The notes under the pieces are model-generated. The model searched no databases. It was not told the origin of the DNA and worked only from the letters and a program-made list of their open reading frames with translations. Position numbers and translations under genes: made by a program. This document shows, piece by piece, positions 9,714-19,259 of a stretch of DNA of 64,000 nucleotides. The DNA is from a virus. Position 1 is the stretch's first letter. The number at the start of each line of letters is the position of its first letter. The stretch is taken from positions 64,001 to 128,000 of IMG/VR virus record IMGVR_UViG_3300044681_000369; one strand, 5' to 3'.

Positions 9714-11675
9714 TTAGTTCAACAGATTTCCTGATGCATCATAGACGTTTAGACGATAATAAGAGCCTTGCTGACCATCTAGAAGATCCGCGTCAAGCCC
9801 AGATCCAGAACCGTCCGCAGTCTTAATCGCTGTCAATAACTCTGCCGCCGTTGAATATGTTTCTGAGAAAGAAACTACGCCAGTTGAAGAGTTATAAGAC
9901 AAGTCGCCACTTACACTAATTGCGCTTCTTGCTCTAGCATTTGTGAAATACTGATTAGTGGAGCCTTCTGCCAGATCATCTGTATCGTGGTTTGAGATGC
10001 TATTTGTTGTTCCTGACGAGCCAGTTACGTTACCAGTTACGTTACCGGTTACGTTACCAACAAAGGTGCCAGCAACAAATGTTTCTGCCCCAACAGTCCA
10101 GCGATCATTTGTTTCATCCCACAATAGAGATTTGTTTGCTAAGGTGCCACGCTCAATTTCAATACCACCATTTTCTGATGGAGTTGAACCAGTATAGTTG
10201 CTGTTTAAGACAATTGTATTGTCAGCAATATTTACTGTTTCTGTATTGATTGTAGTTGTTGTGCCACTTACGGTTAGATTACCGTTCAACGTAAGATTGT
10301 CAAACGTTGGACTTGCCGAAGTTGCAACACTCTGACCAATGCTTACTTGACCAGCAACTACAGAGACGCCTGTGCCAGCAGTGATGGCTGCCTGCGCTCT
10401 TGCATTTGTGTAGTAAAGATTTGTTGAACCTTCACTCAAAGCATCAGTATTGTGATTGCTTAAAGAAGCAATTGTGCTTGGTGTTGTATACGACACAACA
10501 CCGGATGCTGAGTTGTAAGACAAAGAACCCGAAACGCTGATTGCGCCTCTAGCTCTTGCATCTGTAAAGTAAAGGTTTGCGCCCTCAGCGAGATCGCCAG
10601 TATCATGATTGCTTAGAGTAGAAACTTGACCAGTAAGATTACCGATAAAGGTTCCAGCAACAAAAGATTCGCCACCTACAGTCCAGCGATCATTTGCTTC
10701 ATCCCATAGTAGCGTAACACTTGTTGAACCGCCGCGAGAAATGCTGATACCAGCATCTTCGGTTGGCACACCAGAAGTGAAGTTGCTATTAAGAACAATC
10801 GTGTTGTCTGCTAAATTTACTGTTTCCGAATTGATGGTTGTTGTTGTGCCTGCAACAGTTAAATTGCCTGTCACATTCAAGTCATCATTTACGGTAACAT
10901 TACCAGTTCCAGCACCAGAAAGAACAAGATTTGTATCATTGTCTTTTGTGGTAATCTGATTTACTTTAATGTTATTACCAAATGAGATTGGATTACCAGC
11001 TGAGTTCGTAACATTTACGCCGTCTTCAAGCTGTAGTGTTCCTTTAACTGCAACAACGCCAGTTCCTGTAGGATCTAACTCTAAGTCACCAGAACCGCTA
11101 GTTTGAAGAACGAGATTTTGGTTAGAGTCGGCAGAAACAACAATGTTACCAGAATTTTCTTCTAGAACTTTCTGACCGTTAACGTAAAGTGAACCAGGAC
11201 CAACGTAAACGTCAGCCCACTGATAGCTAGGTGAACCCAAAGAGTACGTTACGTCTGCGGCAGGAATAATATTTCCGTCAAGTGCAGTTAGTAATGTTTT
11301 AACTCTTGCATCTGTGTAGTAAAGATTTGTTGTACCTTCTGTGATATCATCTGAATCGCCAGACAACTCACTTAAGGCATCTTTAGATTGAATTTGTGTT
11401 GTTACCCAAGAACGCTCTGCAATTGTTGACGTATCAACTGCAATTTCGCCCGTGGAATTGTTGTAATTGATACCAGTGCCGCCACTTAAACTTGTTAGTG
11501 CAATAGCAGTTGTGTTTGACAAGTCTGCTAGAGCCAACTCATAACCGCCTGCAGTTGAACCATCATGTACAACAACAGCAAATTTGCTGGTATCGACCGT
11601 GATTTCGCCCTCTGCACCAGTAAATGATGAGTGCTGTGCGCTAGTGCCTCTTCTTAGTTGTAAAATCGTTGCCAT
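9714..11675 (-). CDS. Fibre protein with Mtd_N-like N-terminal domain
   Basis: LQLRRGT...FTGAEGEITVDT...VVHDGSTAGG; repeated D.L.EG..NLYFT.ARA and (GNVT)n motifs. Confidence 0.8.
   Translation of the reverse strand: MATILQLRRGTSAQHSSFTGAEGEITVDTSKFAVVVHDGSTAGGYELALADLSNTTAIALTSLSGGTGINYNNSTGEIAVDTSTIAERSWVTTQIQSKDALSELSGDSDDITEGTTNLYYTDARVKTLLTALDGNIIPAADVTYSLGSPSYQWADVYVGPGSLYVNGQKVLEENSGNIVVSADSNQNLVLQTSGSGDLELDPTGTGVVAVKGTLQLEDGVNVTNSAGNPISFGNNIKVNQITTKDNDTNLVLSGAGTGNVTVNDDLNVTGNLTVAGTTTTINSETVNLADNTIVLNSNFTSGVPTEDAGISISRGGSTSVTLLWDEANDRWTVGGESFVAGTFIGNLTGQVSTLSNHDTGDLAEGANLYFTDARARGAISVSGSLSYNSASGVVSYTTPSTIASLSNHNTDALSEGSTNLYYTNARAQAAITAGTGVSVVAGQVSIGQSVATSASPTFDNLTLNGNLTVSGTTTTINTETVNIADNTIVLNSNYTGSTPSENGGIEIERGTLANKSLLWDETNDRWTVGAETFVAGTFVGNVTGNVTGNVTGSSGTTNSISNHDTDDLAEGSTNQYFTNARARSAISVSGDLSYNSSTGVVSFSETYSTAAELLTAIKTADGSGSGLDADLLDGQQGSYYRLNVYDASGNLLN
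10021..10058. repeat. 12-bp tandem repeat encoding (GNVT)n
   Basis: ccagttacgtta units within the fibre gene. Confidence 0.8.
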
Positions 11676-11700
11676 TTTTGTCTCCTATTTCATTCTCTAT

Positions 11701-11913
11701 TTAGCTGCCACTGGAATAGGTTCCACCGTCAAGAACGGCACCGTCATCTAAGTTTGCAAGGTTAGTTTTAAGCAATTCGTGACCACCTGTTGTGCTACCA
11801 TCATGGACTCTAATTGTCCAATTTGTGGTATCAACTGTAATCTCGGCTTGCGCCCCGGTAAAGCTATTGTGTTGAGCTTCTGTACCTCTGCGGAGTTTTA
11901 CTCTAGCTGCCAT
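11701..11913 (-). CDS. Stand-alone Mtd_N-like domain protein
   Basis: VKLRRGTEAQHNSFTGAQAEITVDT...VHDGSTTGG; paralogous to the N-terminus of 9714..11675. Confidence 0.75.
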   Translation of the reverse strand: MAARVKLRRGTEAQHNSFTGAQAEITVDTTNWTIRVHDGSTTGGHELLKTNLANLDDGAVLDGGTYSSGS

Positions 11914-11915
11914 GG

Positions 11916-12266
11916 TTATAGACTCCCGTAATCAATACTGTTGAACGCTTCAACACTATCAGTAATTAAGCCATAGTCTAAGTCAAATTGATTATTCAAT
12001 CTGACAATGGCTACACCTGGTGTTGTTTCGGTATCAACATAGAAGTCTGTAAAAGCTGTATCAGCAAACGAAATTGTAGAAACACTTGCTGTGTTGTCTC
12101 CATTGTTTACTTCTACGCCACCCATGGCTACTACAGTACCGTCGCTCTTTTTAGAGAATATCTTTCGATCGGTGAGGTTAATGGCAAGTTCGCCAACTGC
12201 TAAATCGGCAGCCGATGGCTCAGAGCCAGTAGTCTCACTCCTTTTAACCTGTACTATTGTAGACAT
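11916..12266 (-). CDS. Small fibre/adaptor protein
   Basis: QVKRSETTGSEPSAADLAVGELAINLTD; paralogous to 9293..9712. Confidence 0.7.
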   Translation of the reverse strand: MSTIVQVKRSETTGSEPSAADLAVGELAINLTDRKIFSKKSDGTVVAMGGVEVNNGDNTASVSTISFADTAFTDFYVDTETTPGVAIVRLNNQFDLDYGLITDSVEAFNSIDYGSL

Positions 12267-12280
12267 TGATTTGCCCTGCC

Positions 12281-12499
12281 CTATTCTTTATTAAATGATC
12301 CGTTTTCCCAATCATCAGTTTGCTTTTTACTTGATTTACTGTCTTTGTTGACCGCTTTATCTAGTGCGGCAGTCAACTCTTGTATTTGTTCATTAGCCAT
12401 TGACAATTGAGTCTTTAGCATAATATTGTCAAGAGACATTGCTTTTACTTGTTCAGCTAGATTATTGATGTAGCTGTTTATAAACTTAGTCTGATCCAT
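12281..12499 (-). CDS. Small coiled-coil protein (possible fibre chaperone)
   Basis: Heptad-like sequence; GAGAG SD; lies within the fibre cluster. Confidence 0.6.
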   Translation of the reverse strand: MDQTKFINSYINNLAEQVKAMSLDNIMLKTQLSMANEQIQELTAALDKAVNKDSKSSKKQTDDWENGSFNKE

Positions 12500-12517
12500 T
12501 ATTTACTCTCAAGTTGT

Positions 12518-12537
12518 GGGGGAGCAAAAGCCCCCCC
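12518..12537. terminator. GC-rich hairpin between fibre genes (terminator or mRNA stabiliser)
   Basis: GGGGGAGC-AAAA-GCCCCCC; U-tract is weak in the transcribed (minus) direction. Confidence 0.45.
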
Positions 12538-12553
12538 GTTTCATTTACTATTA

Positions 12554-14116
12554 TTAGTAAGTGCCACCGTCGATGTTGCCAAACGATGGGGCATTACCTG
12601 AACCATTTGATAGAAGAACCTGACCGGCTGTGCCTACTGCGGTTGCCTGAATGGCGCTTGTGCCGCCACCAAAGAGAACACCGTTAGCAGTTAGCGTTGT
12701 TGCGCCAGTACCACCATCTGCTACACCGATTGCAGCCGAAAGACCGGAAACTGTGCCGCCAGATAGTGAACCCTCAAGGTTAGCAACAAGTGTTGCTACT
12801 GTGTAACCCGAACCGGCAACGTCAACAGTTGTTGTTGGTGCAGATTGTAGATCCTTGAAGAGTCTCCACTTGCCGTCAGTAGCATCACGGAATAGACCGG
12901 CATAGAGGTCCTGTGAGCCTGTCGAATCGTACATACCGAAGAGACCGAGGTCAACTGCGTCGGTTGCGTTATTGTCGTTACCAACAAAGATGAGTGGGTC
13001 AGTTACAGAAATCGTTGACGAGTTGACAGTTGTGGTTGTACCAGTTACTGTCAAGTTACCGGCAACAGTGATGTTACCAGCAGTGATATCGTCCGAATAA
13101 AGTGTACCATCAACAGTTACGTCATTGAATGTTACGTTATCTGTGGTACCAACTGCCTGACCGATGCTTACAACACCATTAGTTACATCAACACCAGTGC
13201 CGGCTGTGATAGCTGCCTGCGCTCTTGCGTCTGTGAAGTAAAGGTTGTTTGCGCCTTCTTGCACATCGTCTGTATCGTGGTCTGATAGTGTGAAGCCTAC
13301 AACACCGCCGGCGTAAGTTAGATCGCCAGAAACGCTGATAGCTGCCTGCGCTCTTGCGTCTGTGAAGTAAAGGTTGTTTACACCTTCAGCTACAGTATCA
13401 GAATCACCTTGAGTGTAGCTAATTTCACCAGTTGATGAGTCATAGCTTAGTGAACCAGTGGCAGAGATTGCGCCTCTTGCGCGGGCGTCTGTATAATACT
13501 GATTGGTAGCACCTTCACCAATATCGTCTGTGTCTAGTACAACTGCACCGACTTCACCGTTTACGCTTGTAACGCCACCGGTTACGTTGATGACACCAGT
13601 AGAAGAGTCATAAGTTGCGGCGCCAGTTACGCTGATTGCACCACGTGCGCGGGCATCAGTAAAGTATAGGTTGCTTGAACCTTCGCTTAGACCATCTGTA
13701 TCGTGGTTGCTGATATCTGAAACTGTACCAGTTACGTTACCTGTTACGTTACCAGTTACGTTACCAGTTACGTCACCAGTAAGATCACCAGTTACGTCAC
13801 CAGTAAGATCACCAGTTACGTCACCAGTAAGGTCAGCGGTAATTACGCCTGCGCTGAAATTGCCTGAAGCATCACGCTTAACTAGTGTGCTTGCTGTGTT
13901 GGCATTTGTTGCTGAATCGACGGCAGAAGTATAAAACTTACCACCGATAGCTTCAATGACAGCACTACCACTTGAGTTTACGGACTCAATATAGAGTTTC
14001 GCACCTGCGCCATTATTACTGGCGTCTTCAGCATATGCCAACTCGCCTTCTAGCAAATCGCTAGTTGTTGGAGCGGCTGAACCGGAACTTCTCTTAATTT
14101 GAATAATTGTGGACAT
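12554..14116 (-). CDS. Fibre protein
   Basis: IQIKRSS...P....LEGELAY N-terminus, (GD/NVT)n tract, EG..NLYFTDARA repeats, C-terminal DGGTY. Confidence 0.8.
   Translation of the reverse strand: MSTIIQIKRSSGSAAPTTSDLLEGELAYAEDASNNGAGAKLYIESVNSSGSAVIEAIGGKFYTSAVDSATNANTASTLVKRDASGNFSAGVITADLTGDVTGDLTGDVTGDLTGDVTGNVTGNVTGNVTGTVSDISNHDTDGLSEGSSNLYFTDARARGAISVTGAATYDSSTGVINVTGGVTSVNGEVGAVVLDTDDIGEGATNQYYTDARARGAISATGSLSYDSSTGEISYTQGDSDTVAEGVNNLYFTDARAQAAISVSGDLTYAGGVVGFTLSDHDTDDVQEGANNLYFTDARAQAAITAGTGVDVTNGVVSIGQAVGTTDNVTFNDVTVDGTLYSDDITAGNITVAGNLTVTGTTTTVNSSTISVTDPLIFVGNDNNATDAVDLGLFGMYDSTGSQDLYAGLFRDATDGKWRLFKDLQSAPTTTVDVAGSGYTVATLVANLEGSLSGGTVSGLSAAIGVADGGTGATTLTANGVLFGGGTSAIQATAVGTAGQVLLSNGSGNAPSFGNIDGGTY
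13207..13379. repeat. Exact 44-bp direct repeat (13207-13250 and 13336-13379) inside the fibre gene
   Basis: tgatagctgcctgcgctcttgcgtctgtgaagtaaaggttgttt occurs twice. Confidence 0.85.
13727..13834. repeat. 12/24-bp tandem repeat encoding (GDLT/GDVT/GNVT)n
   Basis: ccagttacgtca / ccagtaagatca / ccagttacgtta units. Confidence 0.85.
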
Positions 14117-14139
14117 ATTAGCCTATTCCTCTTTTTTTG

Positions 14140-14352
14140 TTAAAATGTGCCGCCATCTACGCGGGTTATTGTTTGCTCGTCCAGGGATTTTGCTTCCCAC
14201 TTCTTTGTTGTAGCATTATAAACTAAAGTGTCACCTTCACCTACATCGTCAATAACAACGTCCTTAAGAGACGAAACCAACACAGATGACTTTGTACTAA
14301 CGACACTTGTATTTATATTTTTTGTTAATGGAACGGTGACTTTAATTGCCAT
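14140..14352 (-). CDS. Small virion protein ending DGGTF
   Basis: LKDV...GDTLVYNATTKKW motif typical of fibre-associated proteins. Confidence 0.65.
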   Translation of the reverse strand: MAIKVTVPLTKNINTSVVSTKSSVLVSSLKDVVIDDVGEGDTLVYNATTKKWEAKSLDEQTITRVDGGTF

Positions 14353-14681
14353 TATCTGGTAACCTCCGGATTAACAACTATGATGCCTTCTAACACACGC
14401 ATAGTCTCGCCATTTCCAGTAATTTCAACATCATAAACATATCTGCCGGCTTTTACTGCACCGGACTCGCTTGCAGATAACGAAATAATAACTTCACCAT
14501 CTAAAGGTGAAGATATTGTTGCATTCAAATCGATATAAGTATTAGTATAATACGACCGACGCATTTGAGCGGCAGCAGTATAATCAGACAAGTCCAACGG
14601 TTCGTCAGTCTGATCATTAACATTGAGTGAAGCGTTAAATGTACTTCCTTGATCAATGTAAAGATTTTTGATTGTAGCCAT
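14352..14681 (-). CDS. Conserved T4-like virion structural protein (BppU-N/Ig-like)
   Basis: NLYIDQGSTF...AGRYVYDVEI...RVLEGIIVVNPEVT. Confidence 0.7.
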   Translation of the reverse strand: MATIKNLYIDQGSTFNASLNVNDQTDEPLDLSDYTAAAQMRRSYYTNTYIDLNATISSPLDGEVIISLSASESGAVKAGRYVYDVEITGNGETMRVLEGIIVVNPEVTR

Positions 14682-14690
14682 TAGGGACCT

Positions 14691-14721
14691 TATAAATTAT
14701 ATGGTGTTTGAGTTATTTATA
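14691..14721. promoter_or_regulatory. Back-to-back late promoters: TATAAATT (+, 14691-14698) toward the GT cluster and TATAAATA (-, 14714-14721) toward the fibre genes
   Basis: Both motifs lie in the 54-bp divergent intergenic region. Confidence 0.65.
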
Positions 14722-14735
14722 ATTGGGAAAATATC

Positions 14736-15422
14736 ATGAAGACCATTTTAATGCTAAAATATGGCACAAAATACTCTAAAATAGATGTTGATAGAATTAT
14801 TTCTGCCACCGGCGGAAAGTATCATTATGCTTGTATAACTGATGATCCAGATCTAGACCCTAGAGTCCAGATAATCCCTATTCCAGATGATATAGACGGA
14901 ACATTCCGCAAGATTTGGATGTACAGTCTGGAAAATCTGGGTGATATACTGTATTTAGACTTGGACGTTCGTATACAAAAAGATATCGATCACCTATGGA
15001 AATATATTGACAATACACCAACAATAGTGTATACTTATTGGAAAGATGTGGGTTTTGTAGATCAACCGCATAGTGGTTACAGTATGCAGTATCTAAGCAA
15101 CTACAACTCTAGTGCAGTCCTCTGGAAATCTGGATCTCCTGACGCTAAAATTATATGGGAAAAATTTTCCGAAGACCCAGATTACTATCAAATTAAGTAT
15201 TGGGGAGACGATAGATTTCTTTGGCACGAAGGATTCAAATTTAAATGGTTTCCAAAAGGCGAGTTCTACTCTTTTCTATATGGAGCAGACTTCTATGTTC
15301 CAGAGTTGAAGACATGTGATCGATATCGACCAGAATATACAATAGCACTATTAAACGGATTGGACTTATACCCGGAGCACGACAAATTATATGATGATCT
15401 TTCTAACAATAAAATGGGGTAA
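14736..15422 (+). CDS. Glycosyltransferase, GT-A fold (paralog 1)
   Basis: KYGTKY N-terminal motif, C.TDD, DxD motif YLDLDV, YNSSAVLW, GDDRF. Confidence 0.8.
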   Translation: MKTILMLKYGTKYSKIDVDRIISATGGKYHYACITDDPDLDPRVQIIPIPDDIDGTFRKIWMYSLENLGDILYLDLDVRIQKDIDHLWKYIDNTPTIVYTYWKDVGFVDQPHSGYSMQYLSNYNSSAVLWKSGSPDAKIIWEKFSEDPDYYQIKYWGDDRFLWHEGFKFKWFPKGEFYSFLYGADFYVPELKTCDRYRPEYTIALLNGLDLYPEHDKLYDDLSNNKMG

Positions 15423-16167
15423 GAAATACCCAGCCAAGTATGTAAACAATCTATACAACATGGTAAAGAGAAACTATGTTGGAGACTTTAGATTTGTATG
15501 TTACACGGATGATCCTCAACGAATCAATAAAGAAATTGAAGTCGTTCCTATTCCAGATGACGGACTACTTCATCCAAAATACTACTTTGGTAAAGAAGAT
15601 TATTGCTTTGACCGAGCAAAATTCCTAGTATTCAACTCTGAAGAGTGGCTTGAAAATGTGTCTTTCGTGGACACATTTTGCTACTTCGATCTGGATGTTG
15701 TAATTCAAGGCGACATTAGCATTATCGATGATCTGGCACAAAAGCCCAGACTAATTCATTGCTTTTGGCAAAAACCAGGCTACGACAAAGATGATAGATT
15801 TTTTATCGATACTCGAGGAACATACTACAACTCAAGTATGATGCTTTGGTCTTATCGTCAATGCAGTCATATATACTACGATGTCTTCGAAAACAGAGAC
15901 ATCATTTTTAAGACCTTCTTCAAAGGCTCAGACAACTATCACTACTGGAGACAAAAGAACTTCTGGAAAAATATTCCAGAAACTTGGTGTTATTCTTGGA
16001 ACAGAGGTCGATATTATCCAGAAGATGTAGAAGCATTTAAGTTTAGACCAGATGCCGCAATCTGTTTATTCAATACGGATAATGTTCCAGATCCTGTGTC
16101 AAAAACTCACACAGAGTTAGACAAGTGTAAAGACAAAAACATCAAAAAATTATGGACGGCAAAATGA
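15391..16167 (+). CDS. Glycosyltransferase, GT-A fold (paralog 2)
   Basis: KWGKKY, CYTDD, YFDLDVVI, YNSSMMLW, GSDNY. Confidence 0.8.
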   Translation: MMIFLTIKWGKKYPAKYVNNLYNMVKRNYVGDFRFVCYTDDPQRINKEIEVVPIPDDGLLHPKYYFGKEDYCFDRAKFLVFNSEEWLENVSFVDTFCYFDLDVVIQGDISIIDDLAQKPRLIHCFWQKPGYDKDDRFFIDTRGTYYNSSMMLWSYRQCSHIYYDVFENRDIIFKTFFKGSDNYHYWRQKNFWKNIPETWCYSWNRGRYYPEDVEAFKFRPDAAICLFNTDNVPDPVSKTHTELDKCKDKNIKKLWTAK

Positions 16168-16991
16168 GAGTTAATTATATCTGTTGCAAATGGGGAACAA
16201 AATATGGTCCCGAGTTTGTCAATCGACTAAATCGGATGGCTAGACTAAACACGCCAGACAAATATGATGTACATTTCTATTGTTATACCGATGATGCTAA
16301 GGGACTAGACGAGAATATTACTCATATTGATTTTCCAGATATTCCAGAAATTCACCCTAAGTATTGGTTTGGATCTGATAACTTCAAGTATGGTATGGCT
16401 CGTTGCTGGGACAGACCAAAAACGATGATATTCAACACTCACAATTTTGCTCCAGACAAACCTACTGGCAAATTTATCTTTTTTGATTTGGACGTAATCA
16501 TCCAAAGTGATCTAACTCCGATAATTGAGTATGATTATGATAATCCTCGAAAGTTGCGCTCTTGGTGGCAAGATCCAAGACCTATGAAGACTAGACAATT
16601 CAAACTCAGTCACGGAGCATACACAAATGGCTCTTGTATGGCATGGATGGATGATCAGACTGAATGTATCTGGCAAGATGTTTTAGAAAATCAAGAGCGT
16701 ATATGGTTTACGTTCACAGATGGAACAGATAACTATCACAGTTGGCGTTGGGGAGATTTTAGACCTGACGGCAAACCACCTTTATGGAAACATTTTCCAA
16801 AAGAATTTGCGTACTCATATAACAGAGGAAGAGATTGGGATTCTAATGACCTAGAAGTAGGTATATATAGAAAAGATGCTATTATTTGTGTGTTCAATGT
16901 GGACTTGCTCCCATTCCAAGATAATAGTCGTGGTAAGGTAAAACAAGCATCGCTAGTTGATCCAGACCTATTAGCGCATTGGGATATATAA
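16164..16991 (+). CDS. Glycosyltransferase, GT-A fold (paralog 3)
   Basis: KWGTKY, CYTDD, FFDLDVII, NGSCMAW, GTDNY. ATGA overlap with the upstream stop places the start at 16164. Confidence 0.8.
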   Translation: MRVNYICCKWGTKYGPEFVNRLNRMARLNTPDKYDVHFYCYTDDAKGLDENITHIDFPDIPEIHPKYWFGSDNFKYGMARCWDRPKTMIFNTHNFAPDKPTGKFIFFDLDVIIQSDLTPIIEYDYDNPRKLRSWWQDPRPMKTRQFKLSHGAYTNGSCMAWMDDQTECIWQDVLENQERIWFTFTDGTDNYHSWRWGDFRPDGKPPLWKHFPKEFAYSYNRGRDWDSNDLEVGIYRKDAIICVFNVDLLPFQDNSRGKVKQASLVDPDLLAHWDI

Positions 16992-16992
16992 A

Positions 16993-17676
16993 ATGATTAA
17001 CATTTATACAGTAAAGTGGGGACAGAAGTATGGTCCCGAAGCAGTAAACGCAATTCATGACCAATGTAAAAAATACATTACCGAAGAATTTGATTTTTAT
17101 TGCTTGACAGAATATCCTCACGATTTAAATCCGGATATTCTTGTTATTGATTTCCCAAAAGGAAATTACTATGAGAAATGGTGGAACAAACTCCATCTAT
17201 TTGACCCAAACGTTGTTTCTCAAAAAGGCGAAAAGTTATTTTTCGATTTGGATGTGCAGATACAATCGAATATTGATTGTATTGTAAACTACGATCCCGG
17301 GGATAAACTTACCTTTGTTAGAACATGCTGGCACAATTTGAAAAAAATGAAGCGAGATGTTAAAGATATTCCTTGGGCATATACTGAGCTAAACTCTTCC
17401 GTTTTACGCTGGAACGACATGTTTGACGGAAAGAAAATCACAAAGTTTGTTAAAGATTATCCTTCTCAAATGTTTTTCTACTATCGCGGTCTAGATAATC
17501 TTTTTGGTCATCAACGTGAAAGGCTGTTAAAGATTGATCATTTTCCAGACGGCTGGGTATACAGTTATAATAACGGCTATATATGGCCAACAGATGTGAG
17601 AAAGCACACCCTAAGAGAAGATCCGCTAATTTGTTTGTATGATTCTATGGAGCGACCAGAAGATGTTAAGCTATAA
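16993..17676 (+). CDS. Glycosyltransferase, GT-A fold (paralog 4)
   Basis: KWGQKY, WWNKLHLF, FFDLDV, NSSVLRW, GLDN. Confidence 0.8.
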   Translation: MINIYTVKWGQKYGPEAVNAIHDQCKKYITEEFDFYCLTEYPHDLNPDILVIDFPKGNYYEKWWNKLHLFDPNVVSQKGEKLFFDLDVQIQSNIDCIVNYDPGDKLTFVRTCWHNLKKMKRDVKDIPWAYTELNSSVLRWNDMFDGKKITKFVKDYPSQMFFYYRGLDNLFGHQRERLLKIDHFPDGWVYSYNNGYIWPTDVRKHTLREDPLICLYDSMERPEDVKL

Positions 17677-18319
17677 CTTTTTGAATAATTATCGAAATTG
17701 GGGCGATGGCCTCGATAAGATTAGCCACGAAATGCCTTGGAAACATGAAGACTTTAGAAAGTCTTTGAATCCAAATACTATGGAAGCCGCAATCTGGTTG
17801 GTAGAAGAACTAAAGCCACTTTTGCCTAAAAATAAAGGACTAGATATTACTGTTCTTAATTCCTGGCTTGGTTTTCCTTTAGTTCCACTTCTTTGTGAAA
17901 ATCTTTCAATAACTAAAATCAACCTTATTGATGTTGATAATGATGCACTTGAGTTATCCAAAGTTTTTAATAGGTATTATGTCGAACAGGGTATTGATTT
18001 AAATCATATTAATTGGGATATACCTTTTGCATATCATGATATTAATGCCCTTGAAACAGATGTTGTCATCTCTATGTGTGCAGAAACCATGTATCCACTT
18101 AGAGAAATGACCACCGCAAACAAAAAGTGTATCTTTGCATGTCAATCTTCAAACGTGTTTAAAGAAATGTATGGCATAAATTGTGTGCCTACAATAGAAG
18201 CACACATTGAAAATGTAGGTATTAAGACTGCAAAGTATACCGGAGAGATTAAGCAGTTTTATTACAGCTTTGATGGTAAAACCGAATTTGATCGTTTTAT
18301 GGCAATAGGAACAAAATAA
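17663..18319 (+). CDS. Class I SAM-dependent methyltransferase-like protein (degenerate motif I)
   Basis: ITVLNSWLG / LIDVD / DVVISMCAE / RFMAIG pattern of a Rossmann-fold MTase. Start at 17663 overlaps the upstream gene. Confidence 0.6.
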   Translation: MLSYNFLNNYRNWGDGLDKISHEMPWKHEDFRKSLNPNTMEAAIWLVEELKPLLPKNKGLDITVLNSWLGFPLVPLLCENLSITKINLIDVDNDALELSKVFNRYYVEQGIDLNHINWDIPFAYHDINALETDVVISMCAETMYPLREMTTANKKCIFACQSSNVFKEMYGINCVPTIEAHIENVGIKTAKYTGEIKQFYYSFDGKTEFDRFMAIGTK

Positions 18320-18320
18320 C

Positions 18321-19259
18321 ATGGGCAGAGTAAGAATTGTTGCACCACCTCCAGAAAACTTTATTCCTGTTCCGCTTGAGCAGACTCACGTATCCATTGA
18401 TGTAAACAACGATGGAGTAATTGATGTGAAAGATGAGATTGAATTAAAGCAAGACGAAGAATCTAGACTAAAACTAGAAGAAGAGATCAAAAGAAAGGAT
18501 GAAATTGCAAAGCAAATTCATCAAGACTTGCTAAAGAAAAAGAAGTTGGATGAAAAAAAGAAACTCCGGGCTGAAAAAGCGGCAACAAAAACTATATTGG
18601 CAACCAGAGAAAACTCTCAGCTTAAAGCAATTCTAAAGAAGAAAGATATTCAGATTGAAGAATTGCTCACAAAAATCTCGTCAATCGAAAGTTCTATTTC
18701 AGAAACTGCCTTAAAGCAAGAAGGCGCAATTGATCTAATGCGCAAAGAAATCTCTCTAATGAGAGAACAGAAGCTGGCAGCCGAAAAGGCTAGAGATGAA
18801 ACACTAATGAAATACCGTGAGCAATCTGTCGGACAATCTCAATTGAGAACCAAAGAATCTGCCAGAATTGTAGAACTAGAAACTGAACTAAAAGAAACCA
18901 AAGCAAAAATTCAAGTGGCTAGAGAAGAGGCATTACTGATCTTTAGAGAAGAACAGAGTCGAAAAAAAGAAACTCAGATCCGAGCCGCACAAGATTTGAA
19001 GATACAAAACATCAAGTCATCGTCAACCTGGTGGTCAAATTTTGTAGCTTTTGTAAAGCGCAAAAAGATTGAGTTGTCTATGGCAGGAATTACAAATTAT
19101 GAGGCGGCAGTTATTGTCCGAACAAAATTTGCAATTCCAAAAATGTTAGATGACATTGAGAGAATGCATGAGCAACTGGCAATCTTGGAAGAAATGATTG
19201 CTATGCTTGAAAAGAATAAGTCTAAGTCTCAGAAAGAGAACCAAAGTCCTGCCCAGTAA
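18321..19259 (+). CDS. Long coiled-coil protein with N-terminal DxNxDG Ca-binding-like loop
   Basis: E/K-rich heptads over ~200 aa; DVNNDGVIDVKD. Confidence 0.65.
   Translation: MGRVRIVAPPPENFIPVPLEQTHVSIDVNNDGVIDVKDEIELKQDEESRLKLEEEIKRKDEIAKQIHQDLLKKKKLDEKKKLRAEKAATKTILATRENSQLKAILKKKDIQIEELLTKISSIESSISETALKQEGAIDLMRKEISLMREQKLAAEKARDETLMKYREQSVGQSQLRTKESARIVELETELKETKAKIQVAREEALLIFREEQSRKKETQIRAAQDLKIQNIKSSSTWWSNFVAFVKRKKIELSMAGITNYEAAVIVRTKFAIPKMLDDIERMHEQLAILEEMIAMLEKNKSKSQKENQSPAQ

Noticed and set aside
9714-11913. Diversity-generating retroelement suggested by Mtd_N-like domains
   Set aside because: No reverse transcriptase and no TR/VR pair with adenine-specific mismatches seen in the window; Mtd_N is only a structural module.
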